Assembly (NCBI GenBank): GCA_964538915.1
Contig: CAZIFB010000005.1
Coordinates: 43,747-107,746, forward strand
Reading direction: 5' to 3'
DNA from: an uncultured candidatus Brocadiaceae bacterium
Lineage (GTDB): Bacteria > Planctomycetota > UBA1135 > UBA2386
DNA: 64,000 nt
Within the stretch, counting starts at the first letter, position 1, and the number at the start of each line of letters is the position of its first letter. A model generated the notes under the pieces. That model had not been told where the DNA came from. It did no database searches and saw only the letters and a program-made list of their open reading frames with translations. Shown in pieces: positions 56,898 to 64,000 of the stretch. The position numbers and the translations under genes were made by a program.

Positions 56898-57857
56898 ATG
56901 TCGACCACCTCGGATTCGACCGGGAAACTGCTGCGCGCGGCGCAGCTCGCCGTCCGGCACCTGCCGGAGAGCGCACGGGCGGATTTCGCGGCGCTCTTCG
57001 AACCCGCGACCATCGCGATCACGACGAGCGTGTTCGCGGCGTGGGGTGCATCGCACGTGTTCGGCATCGGCTTCCTCGCCGACGTGCTGCTGCTGCTCGC
57101 CGGCGTCGTGGCGCTCGGTGCGATCGCGCTGCAAGCCGCGGAGGAGATCCGTTCGTTCGTCGTGGTCGCACTGGACGCGAAGGACGACGCCGGACTCGAT
57201 CGTGCGGGTGCGCATCTCGCGAAGGCCGTGACGCTGATCGGCGTTCAGGCGTTCGTCGCGTTCCTCACTCGCGGAGTCGCCAAGCGTGTGCAGGCACCGA
57301 CTCTCTACGCGGCGCGGGTGAGTCGGATCGAACGGCTGATCGCGGGGATCGGCACGAAGCACCAGGTGCCGCAGATCCGGCAGCGCATCACGGTCGCGCT
57401 CGCGTTCTTCGAGGAGTCGTTCCCGAAGATGAACGACGAAGCACTGCTGTCCAGGCTTCGTGCGATCGACTTCCACGGCACCGTCGAGGTCGTCGAACTG
57501 CCCAAGGGAACACGGCTCGTCGCCTGGAAGTCGACCGAGCACGTGGCGCACCCCGAGGCTCTGCTGAAAGGCGACTACTACGCGACGTCGGGAACGCAGG
57601 CCGACCGCCTCGGGATCGTCGCCGAGGGCCGCACGCTCGTTCGCTACGAGACGACGCAGTCGGTGAAGGTGCTGCGTTCGCGCGCCGCACCGGCCATGGA
57701 TCGCTGGTCCCCGAATCGCACCCCGACCTTCGACGGGATCCGAACGGAGAACGGTCGCTTCGATTCGGGTCAGATGGTGGGAGGCGGCGGAGTGCAGTAC
57801 ATTCTGCCGGCTGACGCCGGTGCACTGCGCGTCGTGGGCATCAGCGGAGGCGTGTGA
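56898..57857 (+). CDS. Membrane-associated protein with a C-terminal domain showing a TNT/ART-like (NAD-glycohydrolase toxin-like) signature
   Basis: 319 aa. Hydrophobic helices in residues about 35-130. C-terminus GDYYATSGTQADRLGI...LVRYETTQSVKVLRSRAAPAMDRW...GGGGVQYILP resembles the TNT pattern (G.F.SP.GT...LP...Y.Y.V...V..G..APWF..GGG.QY). Weak, memory-based assignment. Confidence 0.3.
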   Translation: MSTTSDSTGKLLRAAQLAVRHLPESARADFAALFEPATIAITTSVFAAWGASHVFGIGFLADVLLLLAGVVALGAIALQAAEEIRSFVVVALDAKDDAGLDRAGAHLAKAVTLIGVQAFVAFLTRGVAKRVQAPTLYAARVSRIERLIAGIGTKHQVPQIRQRITVALAFFEESFPKMNDEALLSRLRAIDFHGTVEVVELPKGTRLVAWKSTEHVAHPEALLKGDYYATSGTQADRLGIVAEGRTLVRYETTQSVKVLRSRAAPAMDRWSPNRTPTFDGIRTENGRFDSGQMVGGGGVQYILPADAGALRVVGISGGV

Positions 57858-57995
57858 CGCCGGGGCCCGGGAGCAACGCCGCGACGGTGCGGGTGGCGAA
57901 GTGAAGGTCGGGGTCAAGGCGCGGTGAGCGCGCGGCGGAAAACTGCCCGGCCGTCCGGCGGAACACGCCTCGCGCACGTCTCGTTCGGCGTCGCC

Positions 57996-59609
57996 ATGCC
58001 CCACTCTCCCGCGTCGTTCTTCGCGTCCGTCGTGCTGCTCGCGTTCGCCGGCGCGCCGCGTGCACAGGTGGCCGATGCCACGGCACCGATGGTGGCGGTC
58101 GTCGCGGCCGACGAATCGGCCGGTGGACTCGACCGCATGCTCGGCCGCGCCGGGTTCCGCCGCCGCCGCGTCGCTATCTCGGCGTGCACGCCGGACGCGG
58201 TGCGGTTCGCGGACGTGGTGGTGATCGACTGTTCCGAGACGAACGGCGGTCCCGACGGGTTGCCGCTCGGCGACCTGGCGCGTTGGGATCGACCGACCGT
58301 GCTGCTCGGTGGCGCCGGTGACGTCGTGGCGCGGCGGTTCCTGCTGCCGACCGCGTCGGAGATGGCCGCGCTCGCGCCGGAACGGCGCGGCCCCGAGATG
58401 CAGCTGCTCGAGCCGGCCGGGGCCGCGACGACCAAGGTGTGGCGGCAGGGCAACCTGTTCCATTTCGCTCCGGCGGCCGACGCGATCGCCGCGGTCGACG
58501 CGGAGGCGGCGTGGTTCGTCGACGTGATGCGGCGCTCAGCGACGTTCGTGATCGATCGGCCGATCGTGAGATTCACGGTCGCCCCCGGTGCGAAGCCGGC
58601 GCCCGAAGAGGTCGCGCGGCGCGAGCGCATCGCTGCGAGCCCTGCGTGGGTCGGCGGGGATGTCCGCACCCGATCCGTGCTCGCCGCGTTGCCCGGTTTC
58701 CTCGGCGGTCGGCACGGTGATGCAGCGAAGCAGCTGCTGATCGACATCGTGGTCGACGGACCCGACGCGGACACCACGCCGCGCAACTGGGCGTTCTGGT
58801 TCCAGTCGCGGCTCGACCACATGGTCTGGGACGCGCTTTCGGAGACGTGGCGAATGGACGAGCTCGCCCGGGTGCGCGGTGTGCGGCCGGAGGCGCTGGT
58901 CGGGGATGCGCGTGCCGACGGTCGCGTGCCGGATGCCGCATCGCGTGCGTTGGCTCTCGAGGTCGTGCGCTGGTACGGCGGGCGGGCACTCGACGACCTC
59001 GTGACGTTCACCTGTCGTTGCGGCGAGCGGCACTACTCGTTGGACCGGCGCGCCGGCGTCTTCCGCGCGGAGAACCACGCCGTCCTCCCGCGCGGCAATC
59101 GGGCCACCGCGTGGAGCGTCGCCGTGTTCGACACGGCGCGTGACGAGGACTTGATCCGCGGCGGCGGCCCGCCGCCCCGTCCCACCGTGTCCGCGCGACA
59201 AGACTTCCGCGAACTCGTGATGAATGCGTTCCTGCCGGCGCTGCTGTTCGCGCCGGGCACGACGCTGACCCGCAACCCGGACGAGGACGAAGCCGACGAA
59301 CGCGCCCTCGACGTGCGCCTCGTTGCGCGCGGCTATCCGGAGGGTATCGAGGTCCGTCTGTGGATCGGTCCCGACGGCGCGATCCGACGGTTGTTCGACG
59401 TGCGGCGCCATCACCACCGCATGCCGTTCCGCCTCGAGGCGACGACGCAGATCGGACCGCTGTCGGTGCCGACGGTGTGGAGCGAGCAGACGAACGACAA
59501 TCCGCGGCGCTACGTCCTCGACGACGTCGCGTGGAATCCGACGCTGCCCGCCGACTTCGCGACGGCGAAGGAGAAGCTCACGAAGCCCCGCGCTGTGGAA
59601 GCGCGGTGA
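57996..59609 (+). CDS. Secreted hypothetical protein (about 537 aa)
   Basis: ATG at 57996 gives MPHSPASFFASVVLLAFAGAPRAQV (signal peptide). No family recognised. The track start 57924 is an Arg-rich extension. Confidence 0.55.
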   Translation: MPHSPASFFASVVLLAFAGAPRAQVADATAPMVAVVAADESAGGLDRMLGRAGFRRRRVAISACTPDAVRFADVVVIDCSETNGGPDGLPLGDLARWDRPTVLLGGAGDVVARRFLLPTASEMAALAPERRGPEMQLLEPAGAATTKVWRQGNLFHFAPAADAIAAVDAEAAWFVDVMRRSATFVIDRPIVRFTVAPGAKPAPEEVARRERIAASPAWVGGDVRTRSVLAALPGFLGGRHGDAAKQLLIDIVVDGPDADTTPRNWAFWFQSRLDHMVWDALSETWRMDELARVRGVRPEALVGDARADGRVPDAASRALALEVVRWYGGRALDDLVTFTCRCGERHYSLDRRAGVFRAENHAVLPRGNRATAWSVAVFDTARDEDLIRGGGPPPRPTVSARQDFRELVMNAFLPALLFAPGTTLTRNPDEDEADERALDVRLVARGYPEGIEVRLWIGPDGAIRRLFDVRRHHHRMPFRLEATTQIGPLSVPTVWSEQTNDNPRRYVLDDVAWNPTLPADFATAKEKLTKPRAVEAR

Positions 59610-59612
59610 CGA

Positions 59613-61244
59613 TCAGCGGTGCACGCCCGGCGCTTCCATGCCGGTGCGCTCGACCCACTCGACGTAGCTGCCGGGATACGCGTGCGGCGGCTTGCCCTGC
59701 ACGCAAGCGCTGACGTCCAGCACCTTCGTCGCGAGGCCGCGCAGGAAGCCGCGGTCGTGGGACACGAAGAGCATCGTGCCTTCGTAGTCCTTCAGCGTCT
59801 TGACGAGCATTTCCTTCGTGACGAGGTCGAGGTGGTTCGTCGGCTCGTCGAGCACGAGGAAGTTGGGCGGGTCGTAGAGCATGAGCGCGAGCACGAGTCG
59901 CGACTTCTCGCCGCCGCTCAGGAACTTCACCATCTTCTCCTGGTCGTCGCCGGAGAACTGGAACGCGCCGAGCAGCGTGCGCTTCGCACCGGTGGCCTCG
60001 AGCGGGAACTTGCGATCGACCATCTCGAAGACCGTCGCTTCGGGATCGAGCAGGTCGAGCGCCTGCTGCGCGAAGTAGCCCATCTTGACGCTCCCGAGCT
60101 TCACGTTGCCGCCGTCGGGCGAGAGGTGGCCGGCCACCATCTTGAGCAGGGTCGTCTTGCCCGAGCCGTTCTGGCCCATCACGCACCAGCGCTCGCCGCG
60201 TTTGATCTCGAAGTCGAGCGACTTGTAGATCGTCTTCTGGCCGTAGGCCTTCGCGACGCCCTGGATCTTGACGATGTCGTCGCCCGAGCGCGGCGGCTTC
60301 TTGCAGACGAACGGCACGACCTCGCGCTTCTTCGGCGGGTCGACGCGCTCGATCTTGTCGATCTGCTTCTGCCGGCTCTGCGCGGCGGCGGCCTTCGCGA
60401 CGTGTGTGCCGAAGCGGTCGATGAACCGCTGCATCTTCGCGATCATCGCTTCTTGCCGCGCGAACGTGGCCTCCTTCTGCGCGAGGCGGTTCTTCTGCTC
60501 TCGCTCCATGAAGTCGTAGTCGCCCGTGTAGCTGCAGAACTCGCCGTCGTCGATGTCGATGATCCGGTCGACGAGGCGGTTCATGAAGTCGCGGTCGTGG
60601 CACGTCATCAGCACCGCGGACTTCGTCTGCTGCAGGAACTGCTCGAGCCAGAGGATCGACTCGATGTCGAGGTGGTTCGTCGGCTCGTCGAGCAGCAGGA
60701 CGTCGAAGTTGCCGAGAAGCACCTTCGCCATGCCGACGCGCATCTTCCAGCCGCCGGAGAGAGCGCCGACGTCGCCTTCGATCTGTTCGTCGGAGAAGCC
60801 GAGACCGTGCAGCACTTCCTTGCTGCGCGCTTCGAGTTCGTAACCGCCGAGGTCCTGGTACTCGCCTTGGATCTCGCCGTAGCGCTCGAGGATCTTCTCC
60901 ATCTCGTCGGCTTTGTCCGGGTCCGACATGTCGCGCTGGAGCTGTTCGATCTCGTGGTGCAGTGCGCCGGCCTTGCCGCTGCCGGCGATCGCTTCGTCGA
61001 GGACCGAACGGCCCGACATCTCGCCCATGTCCTGACGGAAGTAGCCGATGGTCACGCGCTTCGGCAGAGCGACATCGCCTTCGTCCGGCTTCTCCTCGCC
61101 GACGATCATCCGGAAGACCGTCGACTTGCCGGCGCCGTTCGGACCCGTGAGGCCGACCTTCTCGCCGGGGTTGAGTTGCAGCGAGGCGTCCACGAACAGG
61201 ACCTGGTGGCCGTGCCGCTTGTTGATGCCGGTGAGGGTGATCAT
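59613..61244 (-). CDS. ABC-F family ATPase (two ABC cassettes, no TM domain)
   Basis: ATG at 61244-61242 (MITLTGINKRHG...). GLTGPNGAGKST and LSGGWKMRVGMAKVL, then MGQNGSGKTT and LSGGEKSRLVLALML. 543 aa. Confidence 0.9.
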   Translation of the reverse strand: MITLTGINKRHGHQVLFVDASLQLNPGEKVGLTGPNGAGKSTVFRMIVGEEKPDEGDVALPKRVTIGYFRQDMGEMSGRSVLDEAIAGSGKAGALHHEIEQLQRDMSDPDKADEMEKILERYGEIQGEYQDLGGYELEARSKEVLHGLGFSDEQIEGDVGALSGGWKMRVGMAKVLLGNFDVLLLDEPTNHLDIESILWLEQFLQQTKSAVLMTCHDRDFMNRLVDRIIDIDDGEFCSYTGDYDFMEREQKNRLAQKEATFARQEAMIAKMQRFIDRFGTHVAKAAAAQSRQKQIDKIERVDPPKKREVVPFVCKKPPRSGDDIVKIQGVAKAYGQKTIYKSLDFEIKRGERWCVMGQNGSGKTTLLKMVAGHLSPDGGNVKLGSVKMGYFAQQALDLLDPEATVFEMVDRKFPLEATGAKRTLLGAFQFSGDDQEKMVKFLSGGEKSRLVLALMLYDPPNFLVLDEPTNHLDLVTKEMLVKTLKDYEGTMLFVSHDRGFLRGLATKVLDVSACVQGKPPHAYPGSYVEWVERTGMEAPGVHR

Positions 61245-61311
61245 CGGGGGCGAGGAGGATAGCGAGGGAACGCGGCGCTGCCGAGGCCCGGAGTCCGGGT
61301 ACGCTGGGCCG

Positions 61312-63375
61312 ATGCGGGCTCCGGCTGCTTCGTCCCTGCTCCTGCTCGCGCTCGGCTGCGCCGCGCCGTCTCCGCCGCCGCCGCCGAACGAGATCGCGAT
61401 CGACCGCGACGACATCGTCATCGATCGCGACACGGTGGTGCGGCCCGGGCACTACGACGTGCGCGATGCCAACGGCGATGGCGTGCTGCACGTCGTCGGC
61501 GACCATGTCCGGCTGAAGCTGGACGGCGTCGTGCTCGATGGCGCCGCGGACGGTGCGTCACCCGACACGTTCGACGGCATCGGCATCCGGGTCGAGAACG
61601 CCAAGGGCGTGCGCATCGACGGCGGTGCGGTGCGCGGATTCCGGATCGGCGTGCGTGCGGAGCAGGCACCGGGCCTCGAAGTCACCTTGCTCGACGTGTC
61701 GAACAACCGCGCGATGCGGCTGAAGAGCACGCCGCAGCGCGAGGATCCCGACGACTGGCTGTGGCCGCACGAGAACGACAAGGGCGAATGGGAGACGCGC
61801 TACGGCGCGGGTATCTCGCTCGTCGACTGCGATGAAGCGCTCGTGAAGTACTGTCGCGCGCGGACGACGCAGAACGGCCTGCTGCTGACGCGCTGCCGCA
61901 GCGTGCGCGCGGAGGGCAACGACTTCTCGTTCCTCTCGGGCTGGGGCATCGCGATGTACCGCAGCACGCACTGCGACGTCGTTGGCAATCGTTGCGACTT
62001 CTGCGTGCGCGGCTACAGCCACGGCGTCTACGCCCGCGGTCAGGACTCGGCGGCGATCCTGATGTTCGAGCAGTGCAGCAACAACCTGATCGAAGGGAAC
62101 TCGGGGACGCACTCGGGCGACGGCCTGTTCCTCTACGCGGGCCATGAGACGACGCAGCGCACCGGCCGCGGTGGCTCGAACGAGAACTGGGTCTTCAACA
62201 ACGACTTCTCCCACGCGGTCGCGAACGGCATCGAAGCGACCTTCAGCCGCGGCAACGTGTTCTTGGCCAACATCCTCGACGGCTGCGACCACGGCGTGTG
62301 GGCCGGCTATTCGTACGAGACCGAGATTCGCGGCAACACGATCCGCGACTGCGCGAACGGGATCTCCATCGAGCACGGCCACGACAACGCGATCGAACGC
62401 AACACGATCGAACGGTGCGGGCTCGGCGTGCACCTGTGGTGGGACGAAGACAAGGAGCTGCTGGGCTCGGTCTACGGGCGGCACAACGACACGTCGTCGT
62501 CCCGCAATGTGATCGCGGGCAATCGGCTCGGGGCATGCGCATCGCCGGTCCGACTCGATCGGGACACCGGGTCGACAGTGACCGACACCTCACCCGACGT
62601 CGTCGTTCCGGAAGCCGCGCCGGTGATGGCGGCGTACCACCCGGGGCGAGCAAAGGGCCGCGAGCACATCGTGATCGGCGAATGGGGACCGCTCGATCCG
62701 CGACTGCCCGGGCTCGTGCCGTTCGGGACGTCGGGCGAAGCGGCGGCGACGTTCCGTCTGGTCGGCGACAAGCTGCCGTTCGTGGCAGCCGTGCCGCGCG
62801 GTCTCGTCGCGGAGCCGGCGAACGGCACGGCGCCGGCCGTCGTTCGCGTCAGGGCGAAGGACGCGTCCGTGTCGGCGGTGACGCCGTGGACGGTTTCGGT
62901 GCGCATCGGCGATCGCGACTTCACGGCGCGCGGCACGATGCTGGAGACCCGGTGGACCGTGAAGTGGTGGAGCTGGCAGACCGATCCACGCGACGACGCT
63001 GCGGCCTTCACCGCACTGCTCGCGACCCCGCCGCTCGACTCCACGACGGTCGACGAACTCGCGTACGCCTGGCACGGCAATGCGCCGACGCCGAAGGTCC
63101 CGGCCGATCACTTCGCGACAGTCGCGGAGACGACGCTCACTCTCCCTGCTGGCTGCTACCGCATCGTCACCACGAGCGACGACGGCATCCGCGTCTTCCT
63201 CGACGGCGAGACCATCCTCGAGGACTGGACGTGGCACGCGCCGAAGGAACTCGACGTCGAACGCAACCTCACCGCCGGCTCGCACACGATCCGGATCGAG
63301 CACTTCGAGCTCGACGGCCACGCGGCGCTGCACTGCGCGATCGAGCCCGTGACTCCTGCGCCGTCGGCGCGCTGA
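61312..63375 (+). CDS. Probable lipoprotein with right-handed beta-helix (pectate-lyase-like) repeats and a C-terminal PA14-like domain
   Basis: ATG at 61312. LLLLALGC is a lipobox-like signal. Repeated N.I.GN / H.V motifs fit a parallel beta-helix. The C-terminus, YRIVTTSDDGIRVFLDGETILEDWTWH, is PA14-like. Confidence 0.65.
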   Translation: MRAPAASSLLLLALGCAAPSPPPPPNEIAIDRDDIVIDRDTVVRPGHYDVRDANGDGVLHVVGDHVRLKLDGVVLDGAADGASPDTFDGIGIRVENAKGVRIDGGAVRGFRIGVRAEQAPGLEVTLLDVSNNRAMRLKSTPQREDPDDWLWPHENDKGEWETRYGAGISLVDCDEALVKYCRARTTQNGLLLTRCRSVRAEGNDFSFLSGWGIAMYRSTHCDVVGNRCDFCVRGYSHGVYARGQDSAAILMFEQCSNNLIEGNSGTHSGDGLFLYAGHETTQRTGRGGSNENWVFNNDFSHAVANGIEATFSRGNVFLANILDGCDHGVWAGYSYETEIRGNTIRDCANGISIEHGHDNAIERNTIERCGLGVHLWWDEDKELLGSVYGRHNDTSSSRNVIAGNRLGACASPVRLDRDTGSTVTDTSPDVVVPEAAPVMAAYHPGRAKGREHIVIGEWGPLDPRLPGLVPFGTSGEAAATFRLVGDKLPFVAAVPRGLVAEPANGTAPAVVRVRAKDASVSAVTPWTVSVRIGDRDFTARGTMLETRWTVKWWSWQTDPRDDAAAFTALLATPPLDSTTVDELAYAWHGNAPTPKVPADHFATVAETTLTLPAGCYRIVTTSDDGIRVFLDGETILEDWTWHAPKELDVERNLTAGSHTIRIEHFELDGHAALHCAIEPVTPAPSAR

Positions 63376-64000
63376 TCAGTTCTTCTTCGCGGCGCGACGG
63401 ATCGAGACGTCGCCGTTGTGCGTCACGATCCCGAGCTTGCCCGCTCCGTCGCCGAGGCGGCACGAGAGCGTCGAGTCGTCGCGACGTACGTCGGATGCGT
63501 CGTCGGGCCAGGTGAGGCGGCCGTTGTGCGTCGACGCGTCGACGGTGGCGTTCACGCCGGGCCCCACTTCGACGGTGATCCCGCCGTTGTGCGACTCGAG
63601 GGTGCCGCCGAAGCCACCGCCACCGTCGCGCCGGATCGTGATCTCCCCGTTGTGGGTCGTGGCGTCGATGCGGTGCGCGCGCGAGGTCGCTTCGATGCCC
63701 CCGTTGTGCGTTTCGAGGCGGATGTCGCCTTCGGTGCCGCGCACCGACAGTGATCCGTTGTGCGAAGCGAGCCGCGCCGCGACGCCGGGCGGGACCACGA
63801 GGGCGAAGTCGAAGCCCGGGATCTTGCCGCCGAGCGGTTCGGGGCAGACGCCGCGGACGACGAGTCGACCGTCGACGATGTCGTGCGCGACCGACATCTG
63901 CGCGAGCGTCGCCGCCGCCTCTTCGTCGCTGAAGGCACGGATGCGGACCTCGGCATGCAGGGCGACCGTCGTGCACGCGGGATCGCCGACGATCCGGATG
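63376..64000 (-). CDS. DUF4097-like repeat protein (HNG.I repeats), 5'-truncated by the window edge
   Basis: Repeated THNGGI/SHNGSL/THNGEI/SHNGGI/THNGRL/THNGDV units. The reading frame stays open upstream of the track ATG (63897) to position 64000, so the gene probably starts outside the window. Confidence 0.65.
   Translation of the reverse strand, partial: IRIVGDPACTTVALHAEVRIRAFSDEEAAATLAQMSVAHDIVDGRLVVRGVCPEPLGGKIPGFDFALVVPPGVAARLASHNGSLSVRGTEGDIRLETHNGGIEATSRAHRIDATTHNGEITIRRDGGGGFGGTLESHNGGITVEVGPGVNATVDASTHNGRLTWPDDASDVRRDDSTLSCRLGDGAGKLGIVTHNGDVSIRRAAKKN

Overview
High-GC (about 65-70% by hand counts on sample lines) chromosomal window from a diderm bacterium. It spans the replication-origin gene set dnaA-dnaN-DUF721(DciA-like)-gyrB at about 10.3-16.2 kb. 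No database search was possible, so family names come from motifs read in the supplied translations. Coding density is very high, and at least 8 gene pairs share 4-nt GTGA/ATGA stop-start overlaps. Because of the GC content, nearly every real gene is shadowed by long spurious antisense or out-of-frame ORFs. Many track ORFs also carry false 5' extensions, which I trimmed to internal starts checked against the nucleotide sequence.

Recognisable content:
- Pyrimidine and purine genes: pyrF, pyrE, purF.
- A split bacillithiol set: bshC-bshB ... bshA.
- An orphan parA.
- An MCE/Mla-type lipid-transport module with unusual fusions.
- tatA.
- Two ABC-F ATPases, one EttA-like.
- A kdsD-kdsC-(982 aa protein)-lptD-like operon.
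- fmt-rsmB.
- A lepB-CPBP protease-CBM9-like operon.
- Several orphan signalling modules: REC-HDOD, Hpt, GspE_N.

No rRNA, tRNA, CRISPR array, integrase or transposase was seen.

Best candidates for something new:
1. A low-GC (48-58% on counted lines) cassette at about 21.2-23.0 kb. It holds a truncated ECF-like sigma, a single-pass membrane protein and two small overlapping Cys-motif secreted ORFs. One of these is a 57-codon ORF absent from the track.
2. A membrane-anchored protein with a TNT/ART-like C-terminal signature plus a 537 aa secreted neighbour (56.9-59.6 kb).
3. A double-MCE protein fused to a catalytically dead trypsin-like domain, next to a fused MlaF-MlaE.
4. A 982 aa protein occupying the lptC/lptA slot.
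5. A lipid-enzyme neighbourhood around an unrecognisable 516 aa protein (34.8-39.8 kb).

All of these are hypotheses that need homology and structure searches.
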